Assembly: GCF_006345805.1 (NCBI RefSeq)
Contig: NC_043002.1
Coordinates: forward strand, 30,008,001 to 30,072,000
Direction of reading: 5' to 3'
DNA length: 64,000 bases
Source: Octopus sinensis
Taxonomy: Eukaryota
The translations under genes were made by a program, and so were the position numbers. The notes below the pieces were generated by a model. It ran no database searches. It saw only the letters and a list, made by a program, of their open reading frames with translations, and was not told the DNA's origin. Every line of letters starts with the position of its first letter. Position 1 is the stretch's first letter. Positions 39,684-53,012 of this stretch are shown piece after piece.

Positions 39684-40473
39684 CGATGATGATGATGATT
39701 ATGACGACGATGACGATGATGAAGATGAGGATGAGAATGAGGTTGTTGATGATGACGATGAAAATGACGATGATGTAATGTTGACCATAGAGAGGAGGAG
39801 GAGAAGGAAATGGATAAGGGAAATGAACGGATTGTGACAGTAGGAGGAGTAATCACAAAGTAATAATCATGGCAACAGTAATAATAGCAATGATGACGAA
39901 ACCGGTGACGATGATCACAATGGCAATACCAGTGTGAGTGATGTTGACGGAGATGGTCGTTTAGAATTTGGAATACAAGATATGGTGGTAGTTGTTCTCT
40001 ATCTCTCACCTTAGTAGTTCTGAATGGAGATCCCATTAGATGTTGGCCAGTTTTACAAATCTCGTTTTAGAAGGTTTTACTGGAAATAGTTTTCTCTTTT
40101 GCATTGATAGTGTTGTCTGCAAATGTGTAGCTTTTGGCGAAATCACATTTGCTTTGCAGGAAATAATGGCCAAAATGAGAGTGAGCTGTGATTAACAAAG
40201 TGAGAGAGAAAGAAGAGGGGGAAAGAAGAGAGAGAGAGAGAGAGAAAGGGGTGGAGAAAGAAAGAGAGAAAGAGAGAGAGAGAAGCTAAAGAGACAGACA
40301 CACAGACAAATACAAAAATGGCTAAAAAGTTGTAATGGAAAAAGAGAAAACGTTAATGTCCCTCGGTACGCAGATATACACTGGTATATATATAATGTTT
40401 CTGGGTATCTACACAATATGCGTATATTCACAAAATTTATACATACATATATACGTATATATATATATATTAT

Positions 40474-40508
<35 letters not shown>

Positions 40509-40509
40509 T

Positions 40510-40572
40510 GTGTGTGTGTGTGTTTGTGCGCATGTATGTCTACTCACACACACATATATACGTATATATATA

Positions 40573-40621
<49 letters not shown>

Positions 40622-41073
40622 TATATATATGTATATATATATATATGTGTATGTCTATATACACAAACATACACATAAGTATATATATTTGCATGTCTAT
40701 CAATTTAATGGTCTATCTATAAATCTACATACACACACATATACATACATACATATATGCGCGGGGTGAGATTACACACACATTTGTACTGAAAATCACA
40801 AATATGTATAAGTGCTTATGCATTTAAGTTGTGGTCGCATTTGCCCGGAACATTTTTTGCAAGAGAAATTGTAGACATTCATAAGCATGTGAACTATTCC
40901 CATATCTCAATATATATATGTATGTATGTATGCATGTATGTATGTATGTATGTATGTGTGTATGTATGTATGTATGTATGTATGTGTGTGTATGTATGTA
41001 TATACATATATATATATATACGTCTGTATCTATCTACATATATATGCATATTATATATATATATATATATATA

Positions 41074-41122
<49 letters not shown>

Positions 41123-41157
41123 TGCGCATGTATGTCTACTCACACACACATATATAC

Positions 41158-41212
<55 letters not shown>

Positions 41213-41645
41213 GCATATATATATGTATATATATATATATGTGTATGTCTATATACACAAACATACACATAAGTATATATATTTGCATGTCTATCAATTT
41301 AATGGTCTATCTATAAATCTACATACACACACATATACATACATACATATATGCGCGGGGTGAGATTACACACACATTTGTACTGAAAATCACAAATATG
41401 TATAAGTGCTTATGCATTTAAGTTGTGGTCGCATTTGCCCGGAACATTTTTTGCAAGAGAAATTGTAGACATTCATAAGCATGTGAACTATTCCCATATC
41501 TCAATATATATATGTATGTATGTATGCATGTATGTATGTATGTATGTATGTGTGTATGTATGTATGTATGTATGTATGTGTGTGTATGTATGTATATACA
41601 TATATATATATATACGTCTGTATCTATCTACATATATATGCATAT

Positions 41646-41660
<15 letters not shown>
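40510..41660. repeat. About 596-bp tandem duplication in a microsatellite field
   Basis: Unique parts (e.g. GCGCGGGGTGAGATTAC...GGTCGCATTTGCCCGGAAC) identical in both copies; only microsatellite lengths differ. Confidence 0.92.
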
Positions 41661-41676
<16 letters not shown>

Positions 41677-42421
41677 GTGTGGTGTGTGTGTGTGTGTGTG
41701 TGTCTGTCTGTGTGTGTTAGTGTTTGTGTATTTCTGTTTTATGCCATTGTTACAACTACATATGCACACACACATGTATTCAAAATTATACATGGATATA
41801 CAATTATGAATATATACATATACACACGCATACACACTAACACATACACGTGTGTATGTATGCATGTATGTATATATGTATGTATACGTGTGTAAATGCT
41901 GTGTATGTGCATGGTCTTAGACACATATATATATATATTCGAAGGCGCACGCAGATACATGCACGCAAATGTATGTATGTATATAAATGTATTTATATGT
42001 TTCCAATTTGCAACCCATCACATAAACACTCACAGCGTTACTGATAGCATGTACTCCATAACGTCCACTGTATAAGTCTCATACACACACACACACACAC
42101 ACACACAACCCTGTCCCATACACACGCACAGTCACACTTATGCACATACAGAGACATACATATAATAACATGCATACATACGATTAGATATCTACATACA
42201 ATTCCATACATAGGGGACATAAATACTTTCATACATTTATGCATACAGATATGCATACAGTTACATGCATATATACATACACATTGGCACATACATAGTT
42301 ATATGCATACTTACATACATTTACATGAAATCATACGCCTATACGTGCATATATGTGCATAAATTGTTCATATATGTACTTATATTTAAGCACTGGCACG
42401 CACCTACATCCACACGATACA

Positions 42422-42467
<46 letters not shown>

Positions 42468-43479
42468 CACAAACACTCTCACACACACAACACGTACACG
42501 CCTGCACACACACACACATAAATACATACACACACATATACGTGCGTAATCGAACATCTCATTACAGTTCCTATACAGCTATCAATAGGCATGTATCCAA
42601 CATTTCAGCGTCACAAACAGCTTTATGAATGACGTTCCACAAACCTCCCGCCATCACCTCTTTCCTCACTTCGATTGAACCATATCCGGCACGTGATAGA
42701 GAAAGTGAAAGTGAATGTCGTGGCTCGCTCATTGTACATTAAGCTGCTGAATGTCTGACCAATAACAAAAAAAAAAAGAACTAAGCTAGTGGCCCATTAT
42801 GGCCGACCAGTGTCCAGTTTGCCATTCAATGTGTATTAAGACCAATAATGCAGCGATTGACTTCATCACAGATCCACTTCCGCCTTGCACCTCTCTCACT
42901 GGCAGCGGCCATTGTTGATGGAATGTTTGTCAAATGGCGAACTGGTGGAAATCTTTCCGATAAAACAACAACAAAAACACTAACAACAACAACAACAACA
43001 ACAACAAAACAACCACTACAACAATAAAAGCAACAACTACAACAATGACAACAACTATAACAAGAGCAATAGCGACAAAACAACGTCAAACAATAATAAT
43101 GACAGCTACAAGAAAACAGTCGTAATAATGGCAACCAGTCTAACAGCAGCATTTGCTATAGTTGTGTAGTTAGCAATGATAATTCTGACAATGCTAAACA
43201 GCCAAAACCGAGGAAATAAACTGAAAATACATGTATGCGACACAGGTTCAATTCTGCCTTATTTCAAGCGCTTTAATTTACACAAGCGTACAGTTTTATG
43301 TCTCACAATCTTATTCTTTTCTGTAAAAATATTGCCTTCCGTTCGAATGTAATTCGTTATTTATTCTATAATAAAGCTTAATTATAAACGTTTTATTATT
43401 GACATCAATGCTGCTATCGCAAATTTTTTTCTTGTATCTTCTGCAGTGATATTATTATTATTATTATTATTATTATTAC

Positions 43480-44320
43480 TAAGATGCCGAGCTGGAAGAA
43501 TCGTTGCCGTGTCAGACAAAATGCATTTCGTCATTTCTTCTGGCTTTAACTTCTGAGTTCAAATGCCTTCGAAGTCGACTTTACCTTCCATCTTTTCGGG
43601 GTCGATAAAACAAGTACCAGATGAGCACAGGGTTCAATGAAATTTAACCCTCTCTCCCAAACATTTCAGGCGCCTTGTGCCTATAGTGGAAAGCATTTTA
43701 ATTATCGTTGATAAAGCACCGAGGTGGCAGAATCGTTACCATACCGGATAAAATGCGAAGCAGTATTTCTTCAGGATTTAGGTTTTCAGTTCTAATTCCA
43801 CTGAGATTGACTTGGAAGAATATCTTGGTGTTTAAAATGAGAACCAGTCGACCAACGGTGTCGATGTTATTGACTAGCTCCTCCAACAAAATTTCAGGCC
43901 TTTCTCCTATATAAGAAATAATTATTACTGTCCCTGTTGAGCCTCATAATTAGCAGAACCAATAGAGCGTCGCATAAAATTCGCTGCAAGATTTAGTTAT
44001 GGCAGGACGGAGGGCTAGCAGAATGGTTTCTACGCCAGGCAAATTCCAGCGGGGCAGAATTTGTCTTTCATGCTTTGGGCTCGATAAAATAGCACCCGTT
44101 GAGAACGAGGCCGATGTAATAGACTTATTCTCTTCCCTGAAATTGCTGGCCTTGTGCCAAACTTTGAAATCAATATTATGATTATTAAACAAGAGGTCAT
44201 GTTGGCAGAATTGTTAGCACACTGAGCAAATGCTTGGCGGCATTTCGCTTGCTTTCCCGTCCTTTGCTTTTCATCTTTTCGGGTCGATTGAATAAGACAC
44301 AGTTGCCAATTTGTATCGGC
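43480..44320 (+). mobile_element. Four consecutive decayed family A SINEs
   Basis: Heads at about 43485, 43720, 44005, 44200, each followed by the core. Confidence 0.75.
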
Positions 44321-44329
44321 CCAAATCAT

Positions 44330-44457
44330 CGTTTTTCTTGGTACATGCTGTCTGTCTGGGTTACTTTTGGAGTGGAGTGTCCCAAATTAGTTGGCAACTT
44401 CTTTGTCTTTCTGTCTAAGCTGTTTAGTTCGTCTACTGTCCTTGCGAATCCCCCTGC
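44330..44457 (-). mobile_element. Small fragment of the R4/Dong family seen at 49211-50800
   Basis: Reverse complement matches 49675-49790 (GGACAGTAGACGA.CTAAACAGCT...CATGTACCAAGAAAAA). Confidence 0.75.
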
Positions 44458-44530
44458 TCAATATCTAATATAAATGTAAACACACACACACATATACAAA
44501 TAAGCACACACACACACATATACAAATAAG

Positions 44531-44562
<32 letters not shown>

Positions 44563-44620
44563 AGAATATAAGAAAATGGAGATATAATCAATAAATATTT
44601 ATTAATTAAAAAATTAGACA

Positions 44621-44704
44621 TCTCTGACAGCTGTTTCGATTCCAGACCTTTATAAATTAATTATCATAAATAAAACTATTTAGAAGTCGAATCTCATCTG
44701 AGTT
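44621..44704 (-). ncRNA. Hammerhead-like motif, one core mismatch
   Basis: Minus: ACT-CAGATGA-GATTC...GAATC-GAAAC-AGCT-GTC-AGAG. Confidence 0.45.
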
Positions 44705-44841
44705 GGCTAAAGATATGCACTTGGGTGTTCATATTCCTGCTTGTTGAGCATATGGCTCCAAACGCGTAAAAGCGGTGCTCCAGCGCAGCCGCAGTCTAGT
44801 GCAAATGACTGGAACATGTAAAAGTTACACACACACACACA

Positions 44842-44924
<83 letters not shown>

Positions 44925-45013
44925 TACACGCAGAAATACCTACATAACTCCACTACTCTTCGCACCGGACCAAATGGATAAAGATGCCTCTGCTAACGAT
45001 CCATTAGTGTTAT

Positions 45014-45147
45014 ATCGCCTGAAGAAATGAATCCATGAAGATGATCTACCCGTTGCTTGAGGATACTACGGACTACAATGTAATCATCCCAGGAATACGG
45101 ACTGTGATTTTATGAGACATGTAACATGTGGAAACACGCGTAGTGAT
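45014..45147 (+). ncRNA. Hammerhead-like motif with long stem II insert
   Basis: ATCGC-CTGAAGA-(105 nt)-GAAAC-ACGC-GTA-GTGAT. Confidence 0.3.
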
Positions 45148-47847
45148 GCATTAAATGTTTATAAATTCCTTGCAAAGATTATTGTTATTATTACTACATA
45201 CACACATACATATATTTGTGTGTCTGTATGTCTGTTTACATTTATATATACCTCACACACACGCACACATACATTCGTGTCTTTGTGCATGCGCGCGCGT
45301 GTGAATAGATATACATGTACACAGAGATTGAAAGACTCATAATTGTTTTACATCCAATCTATACGTGTTTCTATACAAGCGTGTTAGCCGTACAATTTCT
45401 TCACCCCTAAACTACCAAATTTATTGATTTCCAGTCAATTCTCTAAAATATGTGTACGAAGGTATTTTCTTAGAATATTCAAGATAATTGTGACTTTAAT
45501 TCTAACACCAGAGCTGCCCTCTGTCCGTAACCAAGTTACTCAGCAATCAACATGTAACTGTAATTAATCATAGAGAGACATACAATGTGGCAGTACTTTA
45601 AAATTGACGTTTTATTAGCAAGCTTTGATGAGTTCGGACAATTCTGTTGTTGGTGGCGGGAGGGCATGAGATGATTGCTGATAATTAAATAATTAGTGTT
45701 ATATTCAGTTAAACCACTGCTTCTCCAGAGTGTGTTTGAAGCCACATATTTTTCGTTTTAGTAAACGTACAATCTCGTGAAGATTTAATGTTAACATATT
45801 CTAGGACGGTGATTAGACACAAAGAATAAAGTACCGCATAGTATTTAATTTCATTCTTTTATTTCTGAGTTCCAAAGATACGTTTGCCATTCTCTCTTCC
45901 TGGGTCTCTTATAGTCGGTTAGATCCTTTTAATTGTATGTCTCACTTTCTCATTCATTAACTTGTGGCAGTGGACTAATTTTCTCGCTTTGCAGTCTATA
46001 TACATACACACAAGCTACATACATACATCTACGCACATACATACATCCATGCATGCTCACACACATACATGCATACATACATATATACATACACGCATCC
46101 ATACATATATTAATACATACATATGTACGTAATACATACATGCATACATACACACATACATACATACATATACATACATACATACGTACATACATAAATA
46201 CATACATACATACATACATACATACATACATACATACATACATACATACATACATACATACATACACACATACATACATGATGGTAGTTCTTCGTTTGTA
46301 GAAGATCATGAAAAACACCGGCTAGGCTTTAAACAGCTGTTGAAACCGAACCTTAAATGGTAGGTTCTGGAGCACTGTTGACAAATATTCTTCATATACG
46401 CACTAAGTAGATTCGAAGTGAGAGTCAGCTCGCGAGATCGATTCCACTCTATAAAACATGGAAAAATCACAACAGTTGTCCGGTGGTCTAGGACAGCTAC
46501 GGCGATCTGCAAGCTAAAGGTTTTCTTTGGTATGGAATTCTAGTTAACATTGTCTTGCAAGCCTGGAAAGGTACACCAATCTTGTATTTGATAGAAGGTT
46601 GCCAGAGAGGGCACTAGATCACATGAAGAACCTCACTTCGTGATTGGCTGCTGAGGGTGTCTTTCCTATGCATTTCCAGCGCATTCGCAAGGCAGTGTAA
46701 GGTTTGTGCTTGATGTTTCATTTATGACATGCTAATTAACCATTAACTGGGATTCTGACGGATCAGAGTAGTCCTTGGAATAATAGTGGTTATGATGTTT
46801 CACACCCCTGCAAACACTGGGGCTCTCGACCCAGGGCCCCACTATCTGTTGTAGTTTAAATTCATACCCATGGCATACATAAGAATATATGTATGTAGCT
46901 ACACGTATAAATACATTGAATCCTACACAGAGATGAAGAAAATTGATATGAGCATTTGATATTGCTTTGTCGTATTTTCTGCTCAGTGTATATTTTAATG
47001 AGAAGTGTACATGAAGAAATAGGTTGATGTAATGCTCATATCTTTCCTATAATCAACAGAAGATAAAATATTAGAATTAACTATACCTGAATAGACACAA
47101 TATATCGTTGACTCTGCTACTCATCATTAAACTTTTTGGATGGTTAAAGCACTTTTATTTCCTTTATTGTGAAAAAACATTCTAGGAATAAAATGAAGGA
47201 CACGGCTTACAATTTCATACTTTTGTAAAACAGAACTTTTGTAGCAAGTCAAAAATGTATGAATATTTCAAGAACAAATACACAGTGTAGCATAACATAA
47301 GAGTTAAGCCCCTGACAAGTTAAGTCATTGAGTAAGCTTTGATTCCCTGTTGAAACCGTTGCGTTTCACTCACATCAAAATTGTCCTCCGGAGAGGCATA
47401 AATATTACAACTACTTCTTTCTGCTTCTTCGAAAAAAATACATGGAATAAACGTATTGTTTGTTTTAGTTAAATATTGCACATATTCACAGATAAAGGAT
47501 ATTTTCTTTTGGATTGTTGTTGCGTTGCAATTCCAGTCTAGATTATATGGTTATTAATTTTATCAAAAGTGTAATAAATCTTGATATCAATTTAAGAATC
47601 GCACAATCATCGTCATCACCAACACCACCACCTCCATCATCATCATCATCATCACCGTCGTCGTCGTCGTCGTCGTCGTTATCATCATCATCATCATCAT
47701 CATCATTTTTATCATTTTTCTTGCTCTTCTTTGTATGATTATCTTCCTTCTCCTTTTGACTCTTCTACTTGCTTATTTTTCTATTTTTTCTTCCCCCATC
47801 TTAGCTACTCTTCGTCTAATTTCATTCTGCTACATCTATTATTATTA

Positions 47848-47990
<143 letters not shown>

Positions 47991-49008
47991 TTATAACATT
48001 TTATTTTATAGGCAGATATCGTTACAAAATGATAGCAGGCATTATATAATTGGAAAGCGAGAATAAATGCCCGCTGTGTCCGTTTGTCGAAACAGATGCG
48101 TATTAAACCGAAATGTCATGTCTCCTAAATCGAAAACAGAGACATATTTTTGTTAAACACGAATATATATGTGTTTCTGTTATAGTTCTCACTAATCTTC
48201 ATAATGGCTGTTACGTTTCTTAGTCAACTTTCTCATACAGCATATTCAACGCGCAGATGGTGGATTAGGTTGTCATCCGTGTTAGAACGCAACTGGATTA
48301 AAGTGCGCTGAAATAGGCGATGGCAAGACGATAAAAAGAGCAAAACAGATAAAACACTGGAATTATGTCGGCAGCAAGAAACTAGTCTAAGAGCTGTCAT
48401 TATGCTTATGGTGCAACAAACATGTCAGAAGGATCAAGAAATGAAACCGAGAAAAGCATAATTTCTGAAAGATGTTAAATTTCAATAAGTATTACATTAT
48501 TGACCTGTCAAAGGGCTGATCCTTACAAGAGCCTTCGGGCTGAACGATGAAATATCAAGTTTAAGTTTGATGACAGTGATTGGAGACTATCATTTGACCT
48601 AATGACCTTTTGGTGGTGATGGAGTAAGAGGAAAAGAGAAGAAGAAAGCATTGGCTTTGGGAACACTTGAAACGATAGAGAGAAAAGCTATAAAACATAG
48701 ATCTCCTTTCTCAATAAAAATCTAAATACATTTATTTCTCATTTTTCTCCTCTTCCACTAAAACTTCTGTAACAGAGTTCGAAGTAATAATTACAATCAA
48801 TGATTAAGACAGATTAACCTTGCATTTACTTTATTTTACAGTTTGTTGGTTGTTTGTTTTTGTTTTCTTTTCTTGTTTCCTTTCTTTTTTTCACTTTTTC
48901 TCTTCATTATGAATTCACATCTCTACTGTCACATATAAGGTATAAACGGTTATTCATGTATTCATGCTATTACAAGTGCAATTGATGCTGTTGAAGCTGC
49001 TTCCGATG

Positions 49009-49066
<58 letters not shown>

Positions 49067-49210
49067 AACTGTCACTACCGTCACCAAACCACTACCACAA
49101 TTACTACTAATATTAATAATGTAGTAGGTTTCGCTACTGTTACTAATACTCTTACTACTACTACTACTACTACTACTGTTACTCCCCCTCCTCTTCTCCT
49201 CCTCCTATTT

Positions 49211-50800
49211 GGTATTTCATGGAATGTTGAGCGATTGCTTGGAAAAAGTATGGCGAATTGGAGGACGGAACTGACAGCATACGGAAAAAGTTTAGGGACA
49301 GTAGAAATCAGGAGGGGCATCTACCAAGGAGACAAAATGTCCCCACTGATCTTTGCACTGTGCTTGATATCACTAACACTGATTCTGAGGAAAGCAAAAG
49401 CTGGTCATATATTCAAAAGCCGTCAACAAAATGTCAACCATGTGTTATTCATGGATGACTTCAAACTATATGGTAAGCCTAAGTCACTTCCCTCGTTGAT
49501 ACGGTATATACATTCAGTATACGGTGAATATTTTCAGTAGAAAAAATACGATAGAGTACTTGCGCAGACTGAGACTGAGACTGATTCTTAAGTCGAAATT
49601 AAACGGACGGAATAAGATTGAAGCTATCAACACCTGGGTGGCTTCACTCCTTAGATATAGAGCAGAAGTAATCGCATGGACAGTAGACGAGCTAAACAGC
49701 TAAGACAAGGAAGTTGCTAACTAATTTGGTACACTCCACCCAAAAAGTGACCCAGACTGCATGTACCAAGAAAAAGAAGGGGAAGAGGACTTATTGGATG
49801 TGAACACAGCATTAAAGCAGATGAAAACAACATAGCATGCTATGTAAAAAGTGACACAGAAGCGCTATTATTAGATGTAAGACGGTCAGACCTGTGTAGG
49901 GTGAAAGATTGCAAAGATAAAGCACTATACAAGCAACTGAAAACAAATGAAATTGAAAATAGGTGGGTTAAGAAAAGAATATATGGAAAATTTCGTAGGG
50001 ATATTGAAGATAAGACAGACAGGAAATGATTGCTGTGGATGACTAAAACTGATTTAAAAACGAAAACGGAGGCTTTAATCTGTGCTGCTCAAGAGCAAGC
50101 ACTAAGAACGAACTACATAAAATACAGAATAGACAACACATCAGAAAGTGATAAGTGCAGAATCTGTGGACAAAATGGTGAAGCCGTATGGTATATTACC
50201 AGCCAAAGTACGCCACTAGCCCAGAAGGAATATGAGACACCACGACAATATAGCAAGGTTTGTCTATTGAACACTTTACAAGTATGGACTTGACAGAGGA
50301 AAACATTGATACGACCACAAACCCGAGGGCATCATCGAAAATGATAATGCAAAGATCCTGTGAGATTTTATGATTCAGTGCAAGTATGAGATAGAGAATA
50401 GGAACTCAGTCATAGTCTTAATTGAGAAAGAGAGGAAACTATGCTGGATCATAGATATAGTATGCCCAGCTGAGAACAAGGTATGCGATAAGGAAGAAAG
50501 AAAAGCCGATTGATATGACAAGTTATCTTGGGAAGTTAAGCAGTTGTGGTCGATGAAAAATGCGCTGGTAGTAACAATAATTGTCAGAGCCCTGGGAACA
50601 GTGAGTAAAAATCTTGAGAAGTTCATGGAACAAATATGAGCTGCAATAAGGGTTGAGCACTTGCAGAAAACAGTAATGCTTGGAACCGCTCGAATACTCC
50701 GCAAGCTGCTCGAAAAATAAGAGGTGCTACCTTAGTTCACTGGTAGTGAACAGCTGACACCATAGTACATCACCAGCGTTAGAAGCTGTGCAAAGACAAT
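49211..50800 (+). mobile_element. 5'-truncated R4/Dong-type element (RT + CCHC + RLE + 3' UTR), then (AAT)n
   Basis: RRGIYQGDKMSPLIF and NHVLFMDDFKLY RT motifs; KCRICGQNGEAVWYI; LQKTVMLGTARILRK. Confidence 0.9.
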
Positions 50801-50801
50801 G

Positions 50802-50846
<45 letters not shown>

Positions 50847-50850
50847 GTAG

Positions 50851-51124
50851 TAGAGAAATAAGATAAACATCTAGATAATATCCCAGGAGAATCATGTCTC
50901 AGAGAAATCCAAAAGATTGTGCTAAGTACTGCCCACACCCTTAGAAAAATCCTATCAAATTAAATGTCTGTGTTATATTACATGAAGATATTTAACTATT
51001 GCTCCTGCCGTTTCTTCTCGCCAAGCTTTCAGTCATATTGTAACGTCTCTAATCCTTCACTCACCTTAGGAAGCTGGGTGTGACTCGGCAAGTGATTGTA
51101 ACAAACATGCAGCTTAAAAAAGGC

Positions 51125-51125
<1 letters not shown>
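50851..51125 (+). mobile_element. 3' end of the R4/Dong family of 10231-10971, within (AAT)n
   Basis: ATATCCCAGGA.A.CCATGTCTCAGAGAAATCCAAAAG shared with the 10725-10970 region. Confidence 0.85.
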
Positions 51126-51175
<50 letters not shown>

Positions 51176-51194
51176 GATGATGATGATGATGATG

Positions 51195-51227
<33 letters not shown>

Positions 51228-51259
51228 TAATAATAATAATAATAATAATAATAAGAGGG

Positions 51260-51490
51260 AACAGTATCAGCCGGCATCAAGAGTCATATAAAGCAAATTG
51301 GAATAGAGTGTTCAGGAGAACTGTTACAAAAGTTTTGCCTATTTGCCATGGCCGGAATAAACAGGAAAGTTTTAGGTAGCTGAAAGCGCGAATAGAATAG
51401 TACCGTAGGCTACCAGTCAAACGTTCTTCAAAATGGTTCTGACCCGAAATGTAGATTCTGAAACACATTTAACGACACAATAGAGCATTT
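51260..51490 (+). mobile_element. CCHC-knuckle fragment of the same R4/Dong family
   Basis: YQSNVLQNGSDPKCRF*NTFNDTIEHL, matching the 10250-10330 region. Confidence 0.7.
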
Positions 51491-52100
51491 GCTATTACGT
51501 GGAGAACATGGCATGCCGTGGATAACCATAAGTAAACATGGGCTGAGACTGAGACATTTTTAGAGTTTGCTTGACGGCGAGCGGGTTTGGTCACCGTTTG
51601 ATAATTTCTTTGACAAAGCTGCAATCCAGGATCAAGCGTGGACCGAGGCAGGGCAGTACGCAATAAGTGCACTGTCAGGCGCTCCTAGCTCTCTGACAGT
51701 GAGTTAATGCATTCTATGGATATTATACCATGGTGTTCTAATGTGAAATAGTGGTGTGTGTGAGCCATTATATCAATACGGAAACTCTGGTTTGTTCTGG
51801 CTGGGCTCCTTGGATACTTGCCAAAAACTCCTGGCAGGGCAGTGATACTGGGGAGTGAGTAGCACTGAATCTTTGGTATAAAGTCTACAGGCATAGTAAT
51901 ATCGTCAGTCACGCCTGCACACCCTCATATAGTGCTCGAGATTGCTATCAGGTGCAAGACGGATCCAGCCGTCTCCATTATAAATATCGCCTCACCACAT
52001 TCCATTGGCCAAGAAGAGCAGGCAATTTTCATCTGCTGGCTATAGCGAAATAGGTTGTATGGTGGACGCGACTGAGAAAACTGGAATAAGACACTTTTCT
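51490..52100 (+). mobile_element. Very decayed RT fragment, possibly RTE clade
   Basis: WITISKHG and IKRGPRQG (compare the RT motif RGVRQG); the rest is not convincingly alignable by eye. Confidence 0.4.
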
Positions 52101-52306
52101 TTTCGGTCAAACCCTCATCAATTTTTTCAAGTTTCAGAAGTGATAAAAGTGAGAGTGTAAAGGGAGGTGCTGCACAGTAGTAAATTTGTAAAAAAGTAGG
52201 TGAATGCAGTTAGAATTGCCTTACTGAATACCTACTCTATTCATGTGTCTGCCGACTGAAAAGTACGGGGGATAGGATAACTCTAGCCATGGTACTCATA
52301 ATACGC

Positions 52307-52531
52307 GAGCTGGCAGAAACGTTAGCACGCCGGGCGAAATGCGTAGTCGTGTTTCGTCTGCCGTTACGTTCTGAGTTCAAATTCCGCCGAGGTCGACTTT
52401 GCCTTTCATCCTTTCGGGGTCGATAAGTTAAGTACCAGTTACGCACTGGGGTCGATATAATCGACTTAATCCCTTCGTCTGACCTTGTTTGTGCTCTCTG
52501 TGTTTAGCCCCTTGTGGGTAGTAAAGAAATA
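52307..52531 (+). mobile_element. Young family A SINE (tail i) with 16-bp TSD
   Basis: TSD GGTACTCATAATACGC at 52291-52306 and 52532-52547. Confidence 0.93.
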
Positions 52532-52750
52532 GGTACTCATAATACGCAGGGCGACTCGGGATCGGGGTAGTGGATTCATTATACACCCTTGAATTTTCCC
52601 CATGTGTGAGAAGTTGTCATAATTCTTTCGTTAATTTTTTATGCATTTTATTTTATATAATTGTTGATGTAAATCCCTAGATGCCTCAGTTTCTGTATGG
52701 TTCTAAATGCTATTTACGCCAAATGTGACAAAAAAGTATTATTATTATTA

Positions 52751-52789
<39 letters not shown>

Positions 52790-53012
52790 TTTCAATCTGC
52801 ATGTTTGTTACAATCACTTGCCGAGACACACCCAGGGTCCTAGGTCGAGTGTAGAATAAGGGATGTTACAGTTTGACTGAAGGCTTGGCGAGGGGGGAGT
52901 GACAGTGGCAGTAGCGAAATATCTTCATGTAATATTACACAGATATTTAAGTGGATGGAATTTTTCTAAGGATGTGGGCAGTACTTGTCAGCACAATCTT
53001 TTGGATTGAGGA
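52790..53012 (-). mobile_element. 3' end of the R4/Dong family of 10231-10971, with (TTA)n tail at 52738-52789
   Basis: Reverse complement of the 3' UTR seen at 10790-10970 and 50910-51125. Confidence 0.85.

Noticed and set aside
46300-46850. Possible CR1/Jockey-type LINE fragment or host exon
   Set aside because: Only faint peptide resemblance, no clear motif or open frame; left unassigned
48230-48330. Potential exon after the acceptor-like CTTTCTCATACAG
   Set aside because: All three frames close quickly and no matching donor or protein similarity is evident
52095-52125. Minus-strand TTGATGA-GGGTTTGACC-GAAA hammerhead-like pattern
   Set aside because: C3 mutated and no stem III, NUH or stem I pairing visible
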